64,000 nt of DNA from Thermoplasmata archaeon. GTDB taxonomy: Archaea > Thermoplasmatota > Thermoplasmata > Lutacidiplasmatales > UBA184. The notes beneath the pieces are model-generated. The model did not search any database and was not told the origin of the DNA. It saw only the letters and a list, made by a program, of their open reading frames with translations. Where the stretch lies: contig JBKQUP010000037.1 in assembly GCA_052325545.1 (NCBI GenBank), positions 240,459 to 304,458 on the forward strand, given 5' to 3'. The position numbers and the translations under genes were made by a program. Position 1 is the stretch's first letter. Every line of letters begins with the position of its first letter. Positions 39,686 through 47,321 of this stretch are shown here, one piece after another.

Positions 39686-40312
39686 CTAAAGGATGACCGC
39701 TTTCCGGATGCAGTCGTCGATCATCTCGTCCACGTCGATCCGCTCCTCTTCCCGGAGGATCTGGACGAGGTTCGAGCGAGTGGCGGGTCGGTCCGGGACC
39801 GCCTGGCAGCAGACCCCCGGACGGGTCGAGATGGCGTAGGTCCCGATCGACTTCGCGACGGTCTCGATCTCGTTCTTGTCGAACCCGATGAGCGGCCGGA
39901 CGATCGGAAGCCCGACCGCGGCGGTCGCGGTCCGCATGTTCGACAACGTCTGGGAGGCGACCTGACCGAGCGCTTCGCCGGTCGCGAGGAACGTAGCCCC
40001 CTCGCGGGATGCGACCTTCTCCGCCGACCGCCACATGAACCGCCGGCAGAGGACGCACCCGAAGTGCCGGTCGGTCGACCGCATCAAGGTGACCTGGGTC
40101 GGGCCGTGGGGCAGGAGGTACATCGGGATCGGCTGGTGGTAGCGCTCCCTCAGGATCGCGAGGTGGTCGACGGTCTTCGCGAGGGGGGAATCGTCGGTGA
40201 ACGGTCGGTTGTCCATGTGAACGGCCACCATCTCGTGGCCCTGACGGAGCATGTAGTGGAGCGCGACCGGGGAATCGATCCCCCCGCTCATCAGCATCAC
40301 GCCCCGCGCCAT
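39686..40312 (-). CDS. PP-loop ATP pyrophosphatase, ThiI-like sulfurtransferase domain without THUMP or rhodanese domains
   Basis: Begins directly with the PP-loop MLMSGGIDSPVA. Contains ATGEALGQVASQT and the Cys motifs GCVLC and PGVCC. Start at ATG 40312; the rest of the 579-aa ORF is an artefact. Confidence 0.7.
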   Translation of the reverse strand: MARGVMLMSGGIDSPVALHYMLRQGHEMVAVHMDNRPFTDDSPLAKTVDHLAILRERYHQPIPMYLLPHGPTQVTLMRSTDRHFGCVLCRRFMWRSAEKVASREGATFLATGEALGQVASQTLSNMRTATAAVGLPIVRPLIGFDKNEIETVAKSIGTYAISTRPGVCCQAVPDRPATRSNLVQILREEERIDVDEMIDDCIRKAVIL

Positions 40313-40405
40313 CGCCCGCTTCCACTCGGTGGCCGTATTTAGGGGTGCCTTCGTGCGTGCAATTCTTCCGCGAGAGGTAAATAGCGAACCCTGGTCCAAT
40401 CCTCG

Positions 40406-41224
40406 ATGCCCGAGGAAGCGGCCGCTCCTCCGACCGAACTCGAGTGCCGGGTCGAAGGATGCGGTCCCGCGGTCCTCCTCCTGCACGGGGTCGGAGGGAA
40501 CCACACCGTCTGGAACGACATGATATCGGGACTGGCCAAGGAGTTCCGGGTCCTCGCGCCGAACCTGCGCGGTCACGGCCGGACCCGCGCGCCTTCCGAA
40601 TCCCACTTCACCTTTGCCGAGATGATCGGGGACGTGGTGCACCTCCTGGACGAACAGGGCGTTCCTTCGGCCCACTGGGTCGGCCTGAGCGGAGGCGCCC
40701 AGCTCGCACTTCGAGCCACGCTCGAGCGACCCGAACGCGTTCGCAGCCTCACCATGGTGAGCGGGGCCGCCTACACCGACTCCCACACTCGCGCCGTAGC
40801 CGACCGATGGGCGGAGACCTACACGAAGCAGGGACCCGACCGGTTCGCGCTCCGCCTCCTCAAGGACCTCTACTACCCGGACTGGGTCGAAGCGAACCTC
40901 GATTTCGCGGACGCCGTTCGGGAGCAGGTGAGGCACCAGGATTTCGCGCCCGTCGCCCGCTGGGCGAAGTCGATGGCCTCGTTCGACGAACGCAGCCGCA
41001 TCGCCAACGTCGCCCGACCTACGCTGATCGTTCAGGCGATGAACGATGCGGTGGTCGATGCGTCCCACGGTCGCATCCTGCGCCAGTCGATCCCGGGCGC
41101 CCAGATCCGGATCCTCGCGGAGACCGGTCATGTGGTTCCGGTCGAGCGACCCCAGGAGCTCCTCGCCGCGATCGTCGGCTTCGTCCGGTCGGTCGAATCT
41201 TCGAAGCGCACCGCCGCTCCGTGA
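40406..41224 (+). CDS. alpha/beta hydrolase (3-oxoadipate enol-lactonase-like)
   Basis: LLLHGVGGNHTVW, nucleophile elbow VGLSGGAQ and a C-terminal ETGHV histidine. Confidence 0.8.
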   Translation: MPEEAAAPPTELECRVEGCGPAVLLLHGVGGNHTVWNDMISGLAKEFRVLAPNLRGHGRTRAPSESHFTFAEMIGDVVHLLDEQGVPSAHWVGLSGGAQLALRATLERPERVRSLTMVSGAAYTDSHTRAVADRWAETYTKQGPDRFALRLLKDLYYPDWVEANLDFADAVREQVRHQDFAPVARWAKSMASFDERSRIANVARPTLIVQAMNDAVVDASHGRILRQSIPGAQIRILAETGHVVPVERPQELLAAIVGFVRSVESSKRTAAP

Positions 41225-41254
41225 GCGAGGGACCGCCCGGCGGACCGTGAGCTT

Positions 41255-41455
41255 ATGAGCCCCGGACCGAATCCCGGGACGATGTCGCCTTCCGAGGCCA
41301 CGGACCTCGCCGCCCGCCTCGCCCAGGCCGAACGAGACCTCAAGGAACTGCGGCAGCGCGTGGTCGCTCTCGAGCGGATGCTGGGCGCCGGAGAGCTGCA
41401 TCCGGCCGACTCTTCGACCGTTCAACGGAAAGTCTCGTACGACTGGCAGAAATGA
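41255..41455 (+). CDS. hypothetical small coiled-coil protein (66 aa)
   Basis: Helical heptad stretch ATDLAARLAQAERDLKELRQRVVALERML. Its stop overlaps the ATG of the Nudix gene (ATGA at 41452-41455). Confidence 0.4.
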   Translation: MSPGPNPGTMSPSEATDLAARLAQAERDLKELRQRVVALERMLGAGELHPADSSTVQRKVSYDWQK

Positions 41456-42102
41456 GCTCGTCCGGGTCCGCGGGACAGATTCCCGGGACCGCGCCCCAGA
41501 GCCTCTCCGACCTGCTCTCGCGGTTCCCCGCCCTCACGCCCCCCGTCTCCACTGCCGGCGCGGCGGTCACGCTCGTCCTGCGGGAGGGTCGTTCGGAGGT
41601 CGAGACGTTGCTCATCGAACGCGCCGAGCGGCCCGAGGACCCCGCCTCGGGGCAGGTCGCGTTCCCCGGGGGCCACGTGGCGGAAGGCGACGGCTCGCTC
41701 GCCGTGACGGCCCTGCGCGAGCTCGATGAGGAGGTCGGGCTCAGCCGGGCGGACCTCGCCGGAGAGCTCCGCTACGTCAGCACCGTGCTCGCCATTCGCT
41801 TCGGCCTCAAGGTGGCGGTGTTCGCGAGCGCCCTGTCCGCGGACGCCCACCCTCCGACCGCTCGAAGCGTCGAGGAGGTCGCTCATGTCTTCTGGCTCCC
41901 GCGTTCGGCGTTGGCCGCGTCCCGCCCGATCGAGCGCGAGACGAGCCGGGGACTGGCCGAGGTCCGGGCCACGGTCTTCGAGGGACACGTCCTGTGGGGG
42001 TTCTCGAGGAGGGTGCTTTGCCAATTCTTCGGGGTCGCGAACGAGGACGAGCTCATCGGACCCGTTTTCGCCCCTCGCCTGCCCGCCGCTCCGGAAGGCT
42101 GA
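41452..42102 (+). CDS. NUDIX hydrolase (CoA pyrophosphatase-like)
   Basis: Nudix box GGHVAEGDGSLAVTALRELDEEVGL. Confidence 0.8.
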   Translation: MSSSGSAGQIPGTAPQSLSDLLSRFPALTPPVSTAGAAVTLVLREGRSEVETLLIERAERPEDPASGQVAFPGGHVAEGDGSLAVTALRELDEEVGLSRADLAGELRYVSTVLAIRFGLKVAVFASALSADAHPPTARSVEEVAHVFWLPRSALAASRPIERETSRGLAEVRATVFEGHVLWGFSRRVLCQFFGVANEDELIGPVFAPRLPAAPEG

Positions 42103-42152
42103 CGGCGGAGGGATTCCCGCGGAGGACGGACTGAGCCGGGGCGCTCGGAGGG

Positions 42153-42620
42153 ATGGAAATGTGGACCCGAAGGTTGCTCTGTCCCCACTGCCACGGAGAG
42201 TTCGACTACGAGTTCGTTCCGGGGGGGTCGCTCACGGCGGTCCGTCTCGGGACCTCCCGGTACATGCGGTGCCCGCTCTGCCATCGGTTCGGCATGTTTC
42301 GACTGTTCGGGTCCAAGACCGATGCGGGCGGGTCGGCGACCGGTGCGACGACCCCACCGTCGCGAGGGGCCGACACCGGTGGAACCGGGGGCGCGCTTCG
42401 CCCGGAGGCCGTTCAAGCGTCGCCTCGTTTCAGCGACCGGCGATCCCTGGTCCGCTGGAGCGCCCTGCTCATCGTGCCGGCGACGGTCCTGATCCTGTCC
42501 GGGGTGCTGTTCCACCTCCCCACTGCGACCGAACTGGTCCTGGCCGGAGCGGGAGCAGTCGTGCTGTGCGTCGGAGCGGCGCTGTTGATCGGATTCTCCC
42601 TGCCCGACCGCGTCCCCTGA
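42153..42620 (+). CDS. hypothetical zinc-ribbon membrane protein
   Basis: N-terminal CPHC...(27 aa)...CPLC four-Cys ribbon and a C-terminal pair of hydrophobic helices. No family recognised. Confidence 0.45.
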   Translation: MEMWTRRLLCPHCHGEFDYEFVPGGSLTAVRLGTSRYMRCPLCHRFGMFRLFGSKTDAGGSATGATTPPSRGADTGGTGGALRPEAVQASPRFSDRRSLVRWSALLIVPATVLILSGVLFHLPTATELVLAGAGAVVLCVGAALLIGFSLPDRVP

Positions 42621-42715
42621 GCTCCCCCCACCCGCTCCGGTCGCGTCGGACGGCTGCATGTCGTCTCCTCCTCGGAACTCGGGACGTTTCCGAAACCCGT
42701 GCATTTAAATAGTGG

Positions 42716-42723
42716 TTTAAATA
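42716..42723 (+). promoter_or_regulatory. TATA box of the tbp gene (TTTAAATA)
   Basis: TTTAAATA is centred about 25 nt upstream of ATG 42744, the spacing expected for a leaderless or near-leaderless archaeal transcript. It sits in an otherwise G+C-rich sequence. Confidence 0.6.
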
Positions 42724-42743
42724 CTCACGGCGCGGGGATTTAA

Positions 42744-43292
42744 ATGGTCAAGATTCGCATCGAGAACGTCGTCGCGTCCACCTCCCTCGGGGACGAACTC
42801 GACCTCCAGTCGATCGCGCTCGGCCTCGACGGCGCCGAGTACGAGCCCGAGCAGTTCCCCGGCCTCATCTATCGGCTGAAGCAACCGAAGACCGCAATCC
42901 TGCTCTTCCGGTCCGGGAAGGTCGTCTGCACCGGCGCGAAGAGCATGCACGAGGTCGAGGAATCGATCCAGACGGTCGCGGCGCAGATCAAGAAGGGCGG
43001 CCAGAAGATCAACATGCACCCGAAGATCGAGGTCCAGAACATCGTCGCGAGCTCGGACCTCGAGAGCGAGATCAACCTCAACGCGATCGCCGTCACGCTG
43101 GGACTCGACCGGGTGGAGTACGAACCCGAGCAGTTCCCCGGCCTCGTCTGCCGGATCGACGAGCCGCGCGTCGTGGTCCTCCTCTTCGGCAGCGGCAAAC
43201 TCGTCTGCACGGGGGCGCGAAAGCCCTCGGACGTCGAGGTCGCCGTCAAGAAGATCACGAAAGAGCTCCAGGGCGCGGGTCTCCTGCGCTAA
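42744..43292 (+). CDS. tbp: TATA-box binding protein
   Basis: 182 aa with two direct repeats (IENVVASTSLGDELDL / VQNIVASSDLESEINL) and FPGLIYRL / FPGLVCRI. Confidence 0.95.
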   Translation: MVKIRIENVVASTSLGDELDLQSIALGLDGAEYEPEQFPGLIYRLKQPKTAILLFRSGKVVCTGAKSMHEVEESIQTVAAQIKKGGQKINMHPKIEVQNIVASSDLESEINLNAIAVTLGLDRVEYEPEQFPGLVCRIDEPRVVVLLFGSGKLVCTGARKPSDVEVAVKKITKELQGAGLLR

Positions 43293-43315
43293 GCGACGCC
43301 CCGGAGGGAGCCGGG

Positions 43316-44191
43316 ATGCCCCTGCCACGAGGTCTCCCGGTCGTCGACCACCACTGCCACCTCTCGTGGAAGGGGGACGGGGTCCGGGCGGTCGAACGGT
43401 TCCGGGCGGCGGGCGGGACCCATCTGTTCCTCGCGACCCAGAACTACGAAGGGACCGTCCCGCTCTCCATCGAAGCGTACACCCGCCAGTTCGAGGCGAC
43501 CTGGGAGCTGGCGGAGAAGGTGCGCAAGGAGGTCGGCGTTCGTGCCTATCCGGTCCTCGCCCCGTATCCCATCGACCTCGTAGAGGCCTCGGCGAAGCTG
43601 GGACCCCGGGCGGCGGTCGAGCTCCACTGCTCCGCCCTCGACCTCGCCGGCCGTTGGGTCCGGGAGAAGAGGGCGGTTGCCCTCGGAGAGGTGGGTCGTC
43701 CCCACTTCCCTGTGAGCGAGGAGGTGACCGCGGCTGCGGAGGAGGCGTTCCGACACGCCCTTTTGGTCGCGCGGGACTCCGACTGCCCTGTGGTCGTACA
43801 CTCGGCCGACCTGACCGCCGATGGCCTCCTCGCGCTGGCCACCCTGGCCCGCGAGGCCGGACTGCGTCCGGACCGGGTCATCAAGCACTACGCCCGGAGC
43901 CGGTTCGCCCCGGGGCCGGCCAGCGGGGTCGTCCCGTCGTACCTGGCCCGTCGGGAGCTCGTTCGCGAGGTCTCGAAGGACCCGGGGCCCTGGTTCCTCG
44001 AAACGGACTATCTCGATGACCCGAAACGTCCCGGCGCTGTCCTCGACCTCGCGACCGTCCCGCGTCGGGCGACCGCGATCGCGGACGACCCGGCGCAGGG
44101 GCCGGAGCGGCTCTGGGTCCCGTTCGTGGAGTCGGTCGAGCGCGTGTACGGCTGGCGTCCCGAGGTCGGCCCGGAGGGAGCCGCTGTATGA
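43316..44191 (+). CDS. TatD-family metal-dependent hydrolase
   Basis: N-terminal VVDHHCHL metal-ligand motif, internal GEVGRPHF and VVVHSAD. Confidence 0.6.
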   Translation: MPLPRGLPVVDHHCHLSWKGDGVRAVERFRAAGGTHLFLATQNYEGTVPLSIEAYTRQFEATWELAEKVRKEVGVRAYPVLAPYPIDLVEASAKLGPRAAVELHCSALDLAGRWVREKRAVALGEVGRPHFPVSEEVTAAAEEAFRHALLVARDSDCPVVVHSADLTADGLLALATLAREAGLRPDRVIKHYARSRFAPGPASGVVPSYLARRELVREVSKDPGPWFLETDYLDDPKRPGAVLDLATVPRRATAIADDPAQGPERLWVPFVESVERVYGWRPEVGPEGAAV

Positions 44192-44820
44192 CCGGTCGGG
44201 GTCGGGGGACCTTCTTGGTCCTCGAGGGGATCGATGGCGTGGGAAAGTCCACCCTCCTCCGGACGCTCGCCCGGGCGCTTCGACGTCGCGGGCTCTCGGT
44301 CGCCGTCCGTCGGGAGCCGGCCGACCCGCGCCTCGGAGCGCTGGCCCAATCGGCCGCGGCCGAGGACCCGTGGACGGGCGCGGTGTACTTCACGGTGGAC
44401 CGCCAGATCGCGTTCCCCGACCTGGAACGGGACCTCCGCGAGCATGATGTGGTCCTCCAGGACCGCTCGTTCTATTCGACGCTCGCCTACCAGGGAAGCG
44501 CGCTCCCGCCCCGTGACCGCCGACGCCTCACGGAGCTTCAGCGGGCGGCGACGCGAGCGCCGGATCGGGTCGTTCTCCTCGACCTCGACCCCGCGGAGGC
44601 CGTCCGCCGCCTCGGCGGCCGGGCCCTAGAGCGCGGCCCCCTCGAGCGGTTGCGGACCCTCCGACGGGTCGCCCGGGCCTACCGAGCCCTGGCGCGGTCG
44701 CATCGATGGCAGGTCCTGGACGCGCGAGCCGCTCCGCGCGAGCTGCTCCGACAGGTCCTTGACGGGCTCGACCTCCCCGCCTCGCCGCCGCGGAGACGCC
44801 CCGTCCGACGGCGAAGATGA
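44188..44820 (+). CDS. tmk: thymidylate kinase
   Basis: P-loop LVLEGIDGVGKST, a DRSFYSTLAYQG region and a 4-nt overlap with the tatD-like gene. Confidence 0.82.
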   Translation: MTGRGRGTFLVLEGIDGVGKSTLLRTLARALRRRGLSVAVRREPADPRLGALAQSAAAEDPWTGAVYFTVDRQIAFPDLERDLREHDVVLQDRSFYSTLAYQGSALPPRDRRRLTELQRAATRAPDRVVLLDLDPAEAVRRLGGRALERGPLERLRTLRRVARAYRALARSHRWQVLDARAAPRELLRQVLDGLDLPASPPRRRPVRRRR

Positions 44821-44851
44821 TAAGCCCGACCCGGGTCCCCTCGCTCCAGCG

Positions 44852-46009
44852 ATGAATCGCACATCCCCCATCCTCGTTCGGGAGGAGACCCTCGACCCGT
44901 CGTACCTTCCGGCCCGCCTCGTTCGTCGCGACACCGAGCTCGAACTGCTCCGCCGTCGCTACCGCGAGTCGCTCGGGAAGGGGCTTCCGTTCCATCTCAT
45001 GCTCACCGGCGGCGTGGGCAGCGGGAAGACGGCGCTCGTGCGCCGGCTCGCGTCGGACCTCGAACGGGGCGGACGGCTCGGAGGCTTCCCCGTGAAGGCC
45101 GCCTACGTGAACTGCTGGCGGCGGGCGAGCGACCGAACGGTCATGCTCGACCTATTGCGCATGGTACAGGTTTCTCTCCCCGACCGGGGCTACTCCCTCT
45201 CGGAGATGCTCGATGTCTTCGAGCAGGGGATCCGAAAGAACCCCTCCCACCTCCTCGTCCTCCTCGACGAGGCCTCGAGCCTCGTCCGGCAGGAGACGAA
45301 GCTCGTCTACCTCCTCTCTCGCTCCCGCGAGGTCGAGCTCGGCTCGATCTCCCTGGTCCTGGTGACCTCCGAGGACCTCTTCCCGTTCCTCGACCCGGCG
45401 AGCCGCTCGAGCTTCGGCGTGACGCACCGTCTTTCCCTCGCCCCGTACGACCGGGCCGCGCTCACCGACATCCTCGAGTCGCGAGCGGAGCTCGCCCTCC
45501 GTCCCGGGAGCATCGACCGGGAGGTCCTCGACCAGATCGCCCGCATCGCCGCTCCCAACGGGGACGCCCGCTTCGCGCTCGAGGTCCTCTCGGGCGCCGC
45601 GCATGCCGCGGAGGAGGCGGGGGCCGATTCGGTCGGGGCCGAGCACGTCCGTCGTGCCAAGGGCTCGCTCCTTCCCACCGTGTCCGAGACCCAGCTCGAG
45701 TCGCTCTCGACGCACGAGCTCGGGGTGCTCCTCGCGCTCTCCCGGACGCTGAAGCGACGCGGCGCGTCCACCACGAGCCAGAAGCTCCGGGCGAACCACA
45801 CCGCCCTCCTCGAGGAGCTGGGGGCCGAACCGATGAGCCGGACGACGTTCTGGCGCACCTTGAAGGAGCTCGAGCGGGACGGTCTCGTCGTGCTCGAGAT
45901 GGGGTCGTCGGGAGAGTCGAACAATGTCTCGATGGACGAGCTCCCCGCGAGCCTTCTCACGACCCTCCTCGAAGAGCGGGTCGGCCGCCCCCGCTCTCGC
46001 AAAGCCTAA
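44852..46009 (+). CDS. cdc6: Orc1/Cdc6 replication initiation protein
   Basis: REETLDPSYLPARLVRRDTELELL, Walker A GGVGSGKT, Walker B LLVLLDEAS, sensor region NGDARFALEVL and a C-terminal winged helix. Start at ATG 44852. Confidence 0.9.
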   Translation: MNRTSPILVREETLDPSYLPARLVRRDTELELLRRRYRESLGKGLPFHLMLTGGVGSGKTALVRRLASDLERGGRLGGFPVKAAYVNCWRRASDRTVMLDLLRMVQVSLPDRGYSLSEMLDVFEQGIRKNPSHLLVLLDEASSLVRQETKLVYLLSRSREVELGSISLVLVTSEDLFPFLDPASRSSFGVTHRLSLAPYDRAALTDILESRAELALRPGSIDREVLDQIARIAAPNGDARFALEVLSGAAHAAEEAGADSVGAEHVRRAKGSLLPTVSETQLESLSTHELGVLLALSRTLKRRGASTTSQKLRANHTALLEELGAEPMSRTTFWRTLKELERDGLVVLEMGSSGESNNVSMDELPASLLTTLLEERVGRPRSRKA

Positions 46010-46033
46010 AGCGGGCGCGCGGGTCGGACCGAC

Positions 46034-46948
46034 GTGGCCAGCTCTTCCGTGCCCACTCTCGTGACGGAACCCCTCGCTCTGCCCGAGTGGATCCGGGTTC
46101 GCCCCCCCCGCGGGGCGGCGTACCCCGAGGTCAAAGGGATCCTCGGAGAGCTCGATCTCGACACCGTGTGCCGGGAGGCTCGCTGCCCGAACCTGTCGGA
46201 ATGCTGGTCGGCCGGCGCGGCCACCCTGATGCTGCTCGGGACCGAATGCACGCGCCGCTGCACGTTCTGCGCCGTCACGACCCACTGGCCTCGGGGCGTG
46301 GTCGACCGCACGGAGCCGGCGCGCATCGCCGAGGCGGTCCATCGATGGGGGCTGCGGTACGTGGTCCTGACCCAGGTCTGCCGGGACGACCTCGCGGATG
46401 GGGGAGCCGCGGTACTGGCCGAGACCGTCCGTCGGATCCGGGCCGAATCCCCGCACACCCTGGTCGAGCTCCTCATCGGGGACCTCGGGGGAGAGGAGGA
46501 TGCGCTACGGCCGCTCCTCGAGTCGCCCCCGGATGTCCTCGCGCATAACCTGGAAACGGTCCGGTCGCTCAGCTCCGAAGTCCGCGACCCGCGCGCCGGC
46601 TACGACCGGTCGCTCGGCGTCCTGCGGGGGGCCCGCCGGCTCGGACCCCCGGAGCTGGTCACCAAGAGCTCCCTCATGCTGGGGCTCGGTGAGACGGACC
46701 CCGAGCTCGAGACCGCGCTCCGCGACCTTCGGTCGGCGGAGGTGGACCTGCTCACGCTCGGGCAGTACCTGCGTCCGGACGCGACCCACCGGCCGGTCCA
46801 CCGCTACGTCCCGCCGGACGAGTTCTCCCGCTGGCAGGCGACCGCGCTCGCCCTCGGCTTCCGGGGTGCCGCGTGCGGTCCCCTCGTTCGAAGCTCCTAC
46901 CGTGCCGAAGAGCTCTACCGGCGCGCCCGTGCCGCTCGGGGAGGCTGA
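46034..46948 (+). CDS. lipA: lipoyl synthase
   Basis: The auxiliary-cluster and radical-SAM cysteines lie in CREARCPNLSECW ... GTECTRRCTFCAV. GTG start. Confidence 0.9.
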   Translation: MASSSVPTLVTEPLALPEWIRVRPPRGAAYPEVKGILGELDLDTVCREARCPNLSECWSAGAATLMLLGTECTRRCTFCAVTTHWPRGVVDRTEPARIAEAVHRWGLRYVVLTQVCRDDLADGGAAVLAETVRRIRAESPHTLVELLIGDLGGEEDALRPLLESPPDVLAHNLETVRSLSSEVRDPRAGYDRSLGVLRGARRLGPPELVTKSSLMLGLGETDPELETALRDLRSAEVDLLTLGQYLRPDATHRPVHRYVPPDEFSRWQATALALGFRGAACGPLVRSSYRAEELYRRARAARGG

Positions 46949-46951
46949 GCG

Positions 46952-47317
46952 ATGGCGAAGAAGGTCCGCCGCAAGCCGGAGGAAGAACAGGCCCCGGCCT
47001 TCGAGTTCCCGGTCTTTGACGAGGTCGCGTTCGTGAGCAAGGAGTACGAGATGACCTATGCGCTCGCGTTGGCCGCCGGCTTCACCGTCCTCGTCGGGGT
47101 CCTATCGTGGGCGCTGTCGGTGATGGGCCTTCTCTGGTACATGGTGTTCCCCCTCGGGGTCGTTCTCATCGCCCTCATCCCGTTCCTGATCCGGCGCCTT
47201 CGGTCCCGGTCGTCGATCTACACGAAAGGGGATTGGGCAGGCCTGGTCGCCCTCGAGTTCTTCGGGTGGCTCGCGCTCTGGTTCGTCCTTCAGAACCTGT
47301 CGCCGCACGCCGTCTAG
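46952..47317 (+). CDS. hypothetical small membrane protein
   Basis: 121 aa with a basic N-terminus and three hydrophobic helices. Begins 3 nt after lipA. Confidence 0.5.
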   Translation: MAKKVRRKPEEEQAPAFEFPVFDEVAFVSKEYEMTYALALAAGFTVLVGVLSWALSVMGLLWYMVFPLGVVLIALIPFLIRRLRSRSSIYTKGDWAGLVALEFFGWLALWFVLQNLSPHAV

Positions 47318-47321
47318 TGGG

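Noticed and set aside
40313-41425. N-terminal 371 codons of the 579-aa minus-strand ORF containing the ThiI-like domain
   Set aside because: This segment is antisense to the well-supported alpha/beta hydrolase gene and small ORF. PP-loop homology starts at ATG 40312. A frameshifted THUMP domain upstream was considered, but the translation shows no THUMP-like pattern.
42703-42746. Repeated TTTAAAT elements considered as a mobile-element terminus or mini repeat array
   Set aside because: There are only three short copies with irregular spacing, directly in the promoter position of tbp. A promoter interpretation is sufficient.
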